From: a virus | Lineage: Duplodnaviria > Caudoviricetes | Length of the DNA: 64,000 bases | Reading direction: 5' to 3' (one strand) | Virus record (IMG/VR): IMGVR_UViG_3300019374_000291 | Span: 1-64,000 of that record | Shown: one piece after another, positions 38,056 through 45,678 of the stretch | Layout: each line of letters begins with the position of its first letter | How positions within the stretch are numbered: the stretch's first letter is position 1 | Translations under genes and position numbers: made by a program | Notes under the pieces: generated by a model | Database searches by the model: none | What the model saw: the letters and a program-made list of their open reading frames with translations, nothing else | What the model was told of the DNA's origin: nothing

Positions 38056-38526
38056 TTATCGGTACAGATGCCTTGTGCTTCGCTCGTAGGCTTCGTAGAG
38101 AAATTCGGGATCGAAGCCGAATGAACGGTAGCCGAGCACGCAAGTCCAGAAATATCTTGGTGTCGGTTCGCCGAGTCTGCGTTTCTCCTGCATGATGTAC
38201 ACAAAGCTGTTCGTCTGCACCGTTCTTCCGCTTTTTGTTCTGCGCACCGGGAGGCTGATCTCTTTCTTATAGTAGCAAACCGGGCAGCCCTCGTAGCGGT
38301 CGAGCATTCGCTCGTGCTCCGCAGTGACCTCCCAGACTGCGACCGGAACAACACCGTCTGCCTTCGGCTCGATGGTCAGGTAAAATCCGGTCTTGCTGCC
38401 TTTGAACAGCAGCTCGTAGCCTTCCAGCAGTGCAGTCCCGACCACTTTTGCGCCTGGGCATCGCATCTGCATCTGCTTGCGGTTCAGATTGCTTCCGTAT
38501 GCGAGGTAGTATCTCTTTTTGCTCAT
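38056..38526 (-). CDS. Gamma-glutamylcyclotransferase (AIG2-like)
   Basis: YLAYGSNL, RCPGA, LDRYEG. Confidence 0.88.
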   Translation of the reverse strand: MSKKRYYLAYGSNLNRKQMQMRCPGAKVVGTALLEGYELLFKGSKTGFYLTIEPKADGVVPVAVWEVTAEHERMLDRYEGCPVCYYKKEISLPVRRTKSGRTVQTNSFVYIMQEKRRLGEPTPRYFWTCVLGYRSFGFDPEFLYEAYERSTRHLYR

Positions 38527-38778
38527 GTTATCGTCCTCCGTTCGGGTATTTGGCGGCATCCGCCTCCGTTGTGTCACATATTACCATACCCTTCGGAGCT
38601 TATCAAGCGGGTGAATGTACAGATCATAATGCCTGTTTTTCGCTGATTGTTGTACAAATTATGCCTTGCCGTAAATCGCGCAAAAACGCGCCGTGTGGGG
38701 CAGAAACCGAAACGGAGTAACTGTCGGAGGAAACCCTGCAAAGCCCCACACGGACGAACTTGGGCGGTCTGTGCGCGT

Positions 38779-39195
38779 TCAGCGGACCGTCAGGGATTCC
38801 TTCCGTGCCTGTTCCAGAACTGCGGTGTCCAGCCCGTTCATTTCGTAGCCCTTGCGGATCACATCGTAATAAAAGGGGCTGGGCGGTGCGATGCCTTTGC
38901 TGTTCATGATGTAGACCATCGCATCGACTGTCTTGCCGTTCAGCTCGACCTGCACGGTCTCTCTGCGGTACAGCTGCGGGTAGCCTTCGTATCGGTCAAG
39001 CGGGATCTCATCGGCGGGCTTAATATCCCAGAGCAGAACGGGAACGCTGCTATCGGGATCGGGCTCAATGGTCGCCACGCCGTTGAACACCAGACGGTAG
39101 CCGTGAAGCGTACTCGTTCCGAGTACTTCCGCTGTGCGGCAGCGGAACTGCATCTGCCCGATATGAAGATTCGAGCCGTATGCTAAGTAGATCAT
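38779..39195 (-). CDS. Gamma-glutamylcyclotransferase (AIG2-like), second paralog
   Basis: YLAYGSNL, LDRYEGYP, MVYIMN. Confidence 0.88.
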   Translation of the reverse strand: MIYLAYGSNLHIGQMQFRCRTAEVLGTSTLHGYRLVFNGVATIEPDPDSSVPVLLWDIKPADEIPLDRYEGYPQLYRRETVQVELNGKTVDAMVYIMNSKGIAPPSPFYYDVIRKGYEMNGLDTAVLEQARKESLTVR

Positions 39196-39431
39196 GTTTT
39201 TTCTGCCTCCTTTATAATGGTGAAACTGTCTGCGCCTTCGATCAGTGAAAGCGTCCTGCCATTCTCCCAGACCATGTGGATGTTGCCGGCATCATCAACG
39301 TGCTGAACCTCGCCGACTGTTCCGTCCGGAATCGGTGCATACGGGTCATCCATATGATTCAGGCGGATCTTTGTGCCTGCCGGGTAACGCTCACGCAGCG
39401 CCTGAAGCTGTCTTTCATTCGGAAACTTCAT
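39192..39431 (-). CDS. DUF4314-like protein
   Basis: LRERYPAGTKIRLNHMDDP...VDDAGNIHMVWENGRTLSL. Confidence 0.8.
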   Translation of the reverse strand: MKFPNERQLQALRERYPAGTKIRLNHMDDPYAPIPDGTVGEVQHVDDAGNIHMVWENGRTLSLIEGADSFTIIKEAEKT

Positions 39432-40320
39432 CGTTTTCTTCCTCCTCGTTATTCTGAGCATCACGCTTTGCCTTCTGCTTTGCTTCCCAGCGCTCACGCT
39501 CCGCATCGTTGCGGAATGCAGTATGGCCGGAAAGGTTCTCCAGCAGGCGCTTGCGGTCTGCCTTGCAGTCCTTTCCGTTCAGCCCGAGGCGGATCAGCCA
39601 GACGCGGAGTGAGTATTTCTCGTTGCTGTCATCGACATCCTTTGCCTGCACACGCTGCTGCGTCAGTGCCATATTGTTCATTGCTCCGGCAAGCTTCATG
39701 AAGGTCTGCACATGGTCAGCATCTGCCGCCTGACCGAATCCGTCAAAGGTGAGTTTGTCGCTGTCAAAGGAGATGCCGGTCAGCGGCGGATTCGTTTCAT
39801 CCCACTCTCTGATAAAGGCGATCAGTTCGTGGGCGCTGCGGAATTCGTGCTTGCCGATCTCATCAGCAAGGCTCTTGTCTGCGGAGAAGTTTCCGCCGGT
39901 TGCCTTGCTGATCAGCGGACCGCGGGAATGAATCATGCAGATGAGGTTTGTAAGGCTCTGCACCGTGTGGTCGGAAAGCGGAAAGCTGATGCTTGCATCC
40001 AGCGGAAATCCGCTATTCGGTTCCGGCTCTGCATTGGTTTCCTCCGGCTCATCTGCTTCTGCTGCATCCGTTCCATCCGGCGGTGTGACTGTTTCGCTGG
40101 TGTAGCCCGCTTCTGCAAGTCCGTCCAGCACCTTCTCCACGATCTCGGTGTCGCTGCGGTCGCTGAAGCTGAGAACTGCATCCTTGCTCAGTGTGAAGAT
40201 GTCAATCTCGTAAGCGCAGCTCGGAACGCCGAGGTATACTGCCTCTGCTCCGGTCAGCTCTGCGATTTTCTGTGCCAGTGCCTTACGCTGGCTCTTTTCG
40301 ATATTGTACTTGATTTCCAT
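39415..40320 (-). CDS. Conserved phage protein (often annotated virulence-related)
   Basis: YLGVPSCAYEI; C-terminal NEKYSLRVWLIRLG...RKRLLENLSGHTAFR, similar to the amidoligase C-terminus. Confidence 0.75.
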   Translation of the reverse strand: MEIKYNIEKSQRKALAQKIAELTGAEAVYLGVPSCAYEIDIFTLSKDAVLSFSDRSDTEIVEKVLDGLAEAGYTSETVTPPDGTDAAEADEPEETNAEPEPNSGFPLDASISFPLSDHTVQSLTNLICMIHSRGPLISKATGGNFSADKSLADEIGKHEFRSAHELIAFIREWDETNPPLTGISFDSDKLTFDGFGQAADADHVQTFMKLAGAMNNMALTQQRVQAKDVDDSNEKYSLRVWLIRLGLNGKDCKADRKRLLENLSGHTAFRNDAERERWEAKQKAKRDAQNNEEEENDEVSE

Positions 40321-40496
40321 ATTAAAACCTCCGTTTTCATCACCGCCCCTTGCGCCCTGTGCGCTTGTGCTGCGGCGTTTTCGTAGTCACATATTACCGT
40401 CTTTTTCCCCGGAATGCAAGACTGTAAAACGGAGAATGTACAGGGAAGATATCCGCTTGTATTTGTGCATATCACGGATACCTTCCGAAGAACTGC

Positions 40497-42680
40497 TTAC
40501 TTAGTATCAGTCTGTTCACAATTTGCTGCATGGGGCTTAGAATTCTGCGCCGCCCATGCGATGCCGGAAAGCACGAAATAAGTGCAAGGCAGAGCCACGC
40601 CGTTGCCCCACAGCTTGTACTCTGCGGAATCGGTGTACGGGTCAGCCAGCCATTTTCGGATCTGCTTTTCCGTTTTCGGTTTTCCCTTGGGATTGGTGAC
40701 CTGCCGCCATGTTTCCCAGACCTCAGACCAGAATGCAATATCCGCATCGGTCGGTTCGAGAATCGCAAGGTCGGCGCACCACCAGTCCGGGAATCCCTGC
40801 AAGCGGGCGCACTCCACCGGAGTCAGGCGGCGGACGATATACACCGGCTCGTCATTCGGAAGGTCGTTCACAAGCGGAGGATCCTTCCAGTCGGATGCGA
40901 CCAGCGTATTAGCCTGTTCATGCGCCGCAACCGTATGGTGTGAATTCTTGCTTGTGCAATAATGGTCTGCCGGTGCTGCAACCGTTGCAGGTCCTCTCGC
41001 AACTGCCGTGACGGATACATCTTCCGAAACGGCGAAATGATTGTCGCGGGATATTGTGAAGGACGGTTCCGGCGCAGCGACTGCGTGTCGGTCTGTCGTA
41101 TTCAGCGTAAAACACACATCCTCGTTGATGCCGTCACCCTGCGGACCGTTTTCATCAGCGCGTCCGATCATCGAGCCTTGCAGCGAATATGTCTCCGGAG
41201 CCACAACGGCAATGCCACCGTGATTGCTGTCCGGGTTTGCCTCGCTTGTATCAAGGCATCGGGAGATCTCCGTCGTATAACAATGCCCACGAGCATTTTT
41301 CGTGCCGTCCGATGTAAAACGCACATCAAAAGTCTCCGGCGCAGGTGCTACCACGCAGATGCCGCCCTGATTGGATGTCACAGAATTGCCGCCGCTCTGA
41401 TCGAGCGTCCTGCTTGTGGTCGCTTCATAGAATCCGCTGTGCGGATTATCCGACATCATCGCATTGGAATGCTTGCTGCATACACCGAAAGCTTTGACTT
41501 CCGGCTGAAAAAGCGTCTGATCGTTGTGTGTTCCGAGTGTCGCGGACATATCCCTCTGCCAGAGTGCGCCCTTTCCGCCCCCCTCGCAGCCTGACCTGAT
41601 TTTCAGCGTAACGGGTTCTGCCACAAGCGGTACATTGTTGCCGCCCGTGCCGGCTCTGCTGCAAAGCGTCTGACAGGTGTCATCTTCACGGATCTTCACC
41701 CGACCGTCTGTCGGATGATTCTCCACGGAGAGTGCTGCCGGAACGACACCGGCTCTCAGTGTGGGAGATACCTCTTCCTCATAGCCGATGCTCCTGGCTT
41801 TTGCACTGTGTTCCGTGGAAAAGCCTGCTGCAAGAACGGCGGGATGATTGCCGTGATCCTGTGCGACCAGTGCGAGCGCCTTGTCCTCTGTGATACCGAC
41901 ACCGGAAGTACCCTGACAGTTTACGCAGAGGGTTCCACCTCCAGTGTCAGACCGCCCGCCTGTCTCTCCAGCGCCTTCTTCAGCACCTCCGGCAGCTCCT
42001 TGCCACGCACGGAAGCCCTGCGGAGTATACCCAGACACGCCTTCGGACTTAAATAATACTTCTCCGGCACTTCCGCCAGCAAGATCTGCGACAAGGTAGA
42101 TTCTTGCCCTTCGCTGGGGCACACCCCAGTATTGAGCGTCGAAAACTCGGTAAGCCACGCTCCATCCGTCTCCCAGATATACGTCTGATTTTGGCCATCG
42201 GTGATTTTCAGGCGAAGGCACCTCGATCCCTTCTTCTTTAATTCCGATAACTGCTTCGAGGACAGCTTTGAAATCGTCTCCTCCGTGGGAGGAGAAGGCG
42301 CCGGGAACATTCTCCCAGACGCAGTATCGCGGATATCGTCCATTTGTTGCATCCCTCATTTCTTTGATGATACGGATCGCCTGAAAGAACAGGTTTGACC
42401 GGTCACCGTCATGGATTCCGGCACGTTTGCCGGCGATCGACAGATCCTGACACGGACTGCCGAAGGTAATGATATCCACCGGCGGCAGCTCTGCGCCGCT
42501 GAGTCTGGATACATCACCGTAATGCTTCACGCCCGGAAGCCGCTTGTGGGTAACAAGCACCGGGAACGGTTCAATTTCACTGCTCCACTTCGGCTCGATC
42601 CCTGCGAGGATGCCGCCAAGCGGAAAGCCCCCGGAGCCGTCAAACAGACTGCCGAGGGTCATTTTTGTATTATCCATCAT
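40497..42680 (-). CDS. C5-cytosine DNA methyltransferase with a long multi-TRD variable region
   Basis: SLFDGSGG (I), GSPCQD (IV), WENVPG (VI), QRRARIY (VIII), RRLTPVECARLQGFP (IX), WGNGV (X). Confidence 0.93.
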   Translation of the reverse strand: MMDNTKMTLGSLFDGSGGFPLGGILAGIEPKWSSEIEPFPVLVTHKRLPGVKHYGDVSRLSGAELPPVDIITFGSPCQDLSIAGKRAGIHDGDRSNLFFQAIRIIKEMRDATNGRYPRYCVWENVPGAFSSHGGDDFKAVLEAVIGIKEEGIEVPSPENHRWPKSDVYLGDGWSVAYRVFDAQYWGVPQRRARIYLVADLAGGSAGEVLFKSEGVSGYTPQGFRAWQGAAGGAEEGAGETGGRSDTGGGTLCVNCQGTSGVGITEDKALALVAQDHGNHPAVLAAGFSTEHSAKARSIGYEEEVSPTLRAGVVPAALSVENHPTDGRVKIREDDTCQTLCSRAGTGGNNVPLVAEPVTLKIRSGCEGGGKGALWQRDMSATLGTHNDQTLFQPEVKAFGVCSKHSNAMMSDNPHSGFYEATTSRTLDQSGGNSVTSNQGGICVVAPAPETFDVRFTSDGTKNARGHCYTTEISRCLDTSEANPDSNHGGIAVVAPETYSLQGSMIGRADENGPQGDGINEDVCFTLNTTDRHAVAAPEPSFTISRDNHFAVSEDVSVTAVARGPATVAAPADHYCTSKNSHHTVAAHEQANTLVASDWKDPPLVNDLPNDEPVYIVRRLTPVECARLQGFPDWWCADLAILEPTDADIAFWSEVWETWRQVTNPKGKPKTEKQIRKWLADPYTDSAEYKLWGNGVALPCTYFVLSGIAWAAQNSKPHAANCEQTDTK
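41921..42352 (-). CDS. Alternative-frame ORF nested in the C5 MTase, similar to the M.EcoHK31I beta polypeptide
   Basis: ESTLSQILLAEVPEKYYLSPKACLGILRRASVRGKELP; GAGGG RBS 9 nt before ATG 42343. Confidence 0.65.
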   Translation of the reverse strand: MQQMDDIRDTASGRMFPAPSPPTEETISKLSSKQLSELKKKGSRCLRLKITDGQNQTYIWETDGAWLTEFSTLNTGVCPSEGQESTLSQILLAEVPEKYYLSPKACLGILRRASVRGKELPEVLKKALERQAGGLTLEVEPSA

Positions 42681-42885
42681 CCGCCTCCTTTGCGTTCCTG
42701 CACAGGGCAAGAAAATCTTCTCGTATTTGTTCCTTGTAGGCTTCAGCAACCGCAGGGATCTCGTGTGAATACACCGGTCTGCCGATGAAACCGGAGAGAT
42801 AATTGTACAGATATTTCAAGTCGCTGCCCTTCAGCATTGCGAACCCTGTGTATGCTGTCACGATGGCGCATTCATGTTTTGTCAT
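42670..42885 (-). CDS. Small hypothetical protein
   Basis: Translationally coupled between MTase genes; GRPVYSHEIP. Confidence 0.6.
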   Translation of the reverse strand: MTKHECAIVTAYTGFAMLKGSDLKYLYNYLSGFIGRPVYSHEIPAVAEAYKEQIREDFLALCRNAKEADDG

Positions 42886-43655
42886 CCCGCACCTCCGAGC
42901 ATATGCTCACAGGCTTTGGCATAGAAATCCCTGCTGACCTCAAAGCCGTAGCTGTGTCTGCCAAGCTCCCGTGCCGCACGCAGTGTTGAGCCGGAACCGG
43001 CGCAAGGGTCGATGACCACATCGCCCTCATCTGTAAATATCCCGATCAGGCGTTTCAGCAGATTCACCGGCTTCTGGCTCGGATGTATCTTCGGGATATC
43101 CTTGCCGTCACGAACCCAGTCAAAATGGTCAAAGATCATGTGCCGCTTGCCGTCTGCATCGATGTTGCGGAACTTCGGCAGCTTGCCGCGATACAGCACC
43201 AGTGCGTATTCCGTTGCCCCCACGATCCTCATGTTTGCCTTCAGCACCTGCGGACTGTAATTCTTCATAAAGCACAAAAACTGGTAGTGCTTGAAGCCGT
43301 ATTTCTCCGCCTGCCGGATGACCTCGGGTATCTGCTGAAAGGCACAGAACACGATCATGCAGGGAGCGTCCTTTTCACCTTTGGACGGCTCCTTTTTGAG
43401 CAGTCGGTTGCAGAATGCGAAATACTCAGCGATGTTGAACGAGTAGTCGGTGTGGAATGCCGCCTTGTGCGCTTTGCTGCTTTCGCCGTTCTGATTGTCA
43501 CCGTCCACATACCAGTCGGGGCGGCTGGCGTAAAAGTCGCCGCCAATGTTATACGGAATATCTGCAATGACCAACTGCGCCCTCGGAATGCTGTAGCCCT
43601 TGTAATTCTGAAAGTTATCGTGTATGAGAACGCATTTTACATCACTCAACAGCAT
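42882..43655 (-). CDS. N4/N6 DNA methyltransferase (beta class)
   Basis: DIPY, HPSQKP, VIDPCAGSGST. Confidence 0.88.
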   Translation of the reverse strand: MLLSDVKCVLIHDNFQNYKGYSIPRAQLVIADIPYNIGGDFYASRPDWYVDGDNQNGESSKAHKAAFHTDYSFNIAEYFAFCNRLLKKEPSKGEKDAPCMIVFCAFQQIPEVIRQAEKYGFKHYQFLCFMKNYSPQVLKANMRIVGATEYALVLYRGKLPKFRNIDADGKRHMIFDHFDWVRDGKDIPKIHPSQKPVNLLKRLIGIFTDEGDVVIDPCAGSGSTLRAARELGRHSYGFEVSRDFYAKACEHMLGGAG

Positions 43656-44913
43656 CACCGTCCTGCGGCATTGCTGCGACCGCTTCCTCGTATGACAGCT
43701 TCTGTCCGTCACGGAGAACATAGGCGACCTCGGCGGTCTGCTTCTCCCGGCACCATGCGAGGTACCGTTTCACGATGACATCCACGAACTTCGGGTCAAG
43801 TTCGATGCCGCGGCAGACACGATCCGTCTCACAGCAAGCGATCAGCGTGGAGCCGGAGCCGAGGAACGGATCGAGGACGATGCCGTTTGTCATGGTGCTG
43901 TTCTTGATCGGGTACGCCATCAGCGGGATGGGCTTAGTGGTCGGATGGTCGGGGCTGCTTTTCGGCTTGTCATATTCCCAGACAGTCGTCTGCTTGCGGT
44001 CTGCATACCACTGGTGCTTGCCCTTCTGCTTCCAGCCGAACAGGCACGGCTCATGGATCCACTGATAGGGACTTCTGCCGAGGACGAGAGAATTCTTCTT
44101 CCAGATACAGCAGCCCGAAAGCTGGAATCCTGCATCTTTGAATGCCTTGCGGAAATTGAGCCCCTCGGTGTCGGCGTGCCATACATAGATGCTGCCGTCA
44201 TCGGCAAGACTGTCATACATACACTTATAGGCAGAGAGCAGAAAGTTATAAAAATCGCTGTCGCTCATGTTGTCGTTCATGATCTTGCCTGCGGTCTCCT
44301 CAACGTCCACATTGTAAGGGGGATCCGTCAGGACGAGGTTTGCTTTCTGTCCGTCCATCAGCTTTGTGTATGTCTCCGTAACTGTGCTGTCACCGCAGAT
44401 CACACGATGCCTGCCGAGAATCCAGATATCTCCTGATTTGGAGAAGGTCGGTTTCTGAAGCTCCTCCTCCACATCGAAGCTGTCCTCTTTGACCTGCTTA
44501 TCGTGTACCTGATTGAAAAGCTGCTCGATCTCCGGCGGATCAAAGCCGGTCTTGCCAAGGTCGAAATCGCTGCTCTGAATATCCTCCAGAAGTTCAGCGA
44601 GAAGGTTCTCGTCCCATGCGCCCGTGATCTTGTTGAGCGCAATGTTCAGCGCCTTCTCACGGACCTTGTCGATGTCCACCACAGCGCACGGCACTTCCGT
44701 GTATCCGAGCGACATCGCCACGGTCAGTCGCTGATGTCCGCCGATGATCGTCATGTCGGCGTTGACAACAAGCGGGTCGGCAAAGCCGAATTCCTCGATG
44801 CTGTTTTTGATCTTCTCGTATTCCTTATCGCCGGGCTTCAGCTTTTTTCGCGGATTATATTCCGCAGGCTTCAGCTCCGAGACAGGGATCATGCGAAGTT
44901 CTGCTGTTTTCAT
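43642..44913 (-). CDS. ParB-N domain plus N6/N4 DNA methyltransferase
   Basis: YNPRK...IIGGHQR (ParB); DPPY, HPTTKP, LDPFLGSGST. Confidence 0.92.
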   Translation of the reverse strand: MKTAELRMIPVSELKPAEYNPRKKLKPGDKEYEKIKNSIEEFGFADPLVVNADMTIIGGHQRLTVAMSLGYTEVPCAVVDIDKVREKALNIALNKITGAWDENLLAELLEDIQSSDFDLGKTGFDPPEIEQLFNQVHDKQVKEDSFDVEEELQKPTFSKSGDIWILGRHRVICGDSTVTETYTKLMDGQKANLVLTDPPYNVDVEETAGKIMNDNMSDSDFYNFLLSAYKCMYDSLADDGSIYVWHADTEGLNFRKAFKDAGFQLSGCCIWKKNSLVLGRSPYQWIHEPCLFGWKQKGKHQWYADRKQTTVWEYDKPKSSPDHPTTKPIPLMAYPIKNSTMTNGIVLDPFLGSGSTLIACCETDRVCRGIELDPKFVDVIVKRYLAWCREKQTAEVAYVLRDGQKLSYEEAVAAMPQDGDAVE

Positions 44914-44914
44914 C

Positions 44915-45214
44915 TCATTCCTCCCGTATATACATCTGCCGCAGCTCTGCGGCTCTTTTTGCGTTCGCATCCTTCAGTACCGTGACCTCACGGAGCGTTT
45001 CTTCACTCAGCAGCTTGCCCTTCAGCTTTTCGGCAAGCGTGCGGTATTTGCGGATACTCCGGCGGAGAGCGGCATCGGTCACAGACACGATATACGCCTT
45101 GCCGCAGTAGTCGCAGTTGAAGAAGCTGTATTCGATCTCGCCCTCACGCTGCGTTTTCGGCTCCGGCACAAAGGCACAGCCGCAGGCATCGCAGCGGACA
45201 TTCTGTTTTGTCAT
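44915..45214 (-). CDS. Small zinc-finger protein
   Basis: CDACG...CDYCG. Confidence 0.65.
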   Translation of the reverse strand: MTKQNVRCDACGCAFVPEPKTQREGEIEYSFFNCDYCGKAYIVSVTDAALRRSIRKYRTLAEKLKGKLLSEETLREVTVLKDANAKRAAELRQMYIREE

Positions 45215-45678
45215 ATCGGTCTGCCTCCTTTGAGTCTGAGTATCCGCTGATTGCGGCTGCCGCGGAACTGAAGCGAGATATCCTTCTCCTCAAGCAGGAA
45301 CGGCCCGTCCACCAGAACATCCACATACTGCAGGATCTCAGAGCCCTGCATCATCTCGTAAGTGTATCCGGAGAACAGCCAGGTGTCCGAATTCGGACAC
45401 TCCATCTTTACCCGTTTCAGAAACGGTATCAGCACACGCTCGTTTTCTTCCTCGCATGGTTCACCGCCGAGAACAGAAAGCCCCTGTATCCAAGAAGGAC
45501 GCAGGGCTTCGATGATCTCATCTTCTGTTTCTTTCGTGAAGGGCTTCCCATAACTGAAATCCCATGCTTCCGGGTTGTGGCAGCCTTTGCAGTGATTCCG
45601 GCATCCGGATACAAACAGCGACACACGGACACCGTCACCGTTTGCGATATCGTTTTTATTCAGACCGCAGTAATTCAC
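45211..45678 (-). CDS. nrdG: Anaerobic ribonucleotide reductase activase
   Basis: DIANGDGVRVSLFVSGCRNHCKGCHN radical-SAM motif; DVLVDG; RGSRNQ; GTG start overlapping the nrdD stop. Confidence 0.92.
   Translation of the reverse strand: MNYCGLNKNDIANGDGVRVSLFVSGCRNHCKGCHNPEAWDFSYGKPFTKETEDEIIEALRPSWIQGLSVLGGEPCEEENERVLIPFLKRVKMECPNSDTWLFSGYTYEMMQGSEILQYVDVLVDGPFLLEEKDISLQFRGSRNQRILRLKGGRPI

Larger units (their letters stand above)
30058..40480 (-). repeat. Array of 12 conserved promoter/leader units, each heading a 1-3 gene cassette
   Basis: -10 boxes begin at + coordinates 30672, 31959, 32567, 33121, 33982, 34540, 35156, 35835, 36592, 37835, 38578 and 40391; each has a T(T/G)Gxxx -35 exactly 17 bp away; + strand consensus CTTCCGTTGTGTCACATATTACC...CAAGCGGCTAAATGTACAGA. 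Confidence 0.9.

Noticed and set aside
36629-38089. Long plus-strand ORFs such as 36629-38089, 60391-61827, 55526-56629 and 51291-52268
   Set aside because: Antisense shadows of well-supported minus-strand genes, with no RBS or recognisable motifs.
33925-38577. Shared N-terminal peptide MTQRK/MTQRR on several ORF-track proteins (33981, 34539, 35834, 37834, 38577)
   Set aside because: The GTG lies directly after the -10 box, upstream of the expected TSS and with no RBS. It is translated promoter repeat; the true starts follow GGAGG further downstream.
30058-40480. CRISPR array or classical integron reading of the repeats
   Set aside because: The repeats are degenerate and separated by whole genes of variable length; there is no cas operon or IntI tyrosine recombinase in the window.
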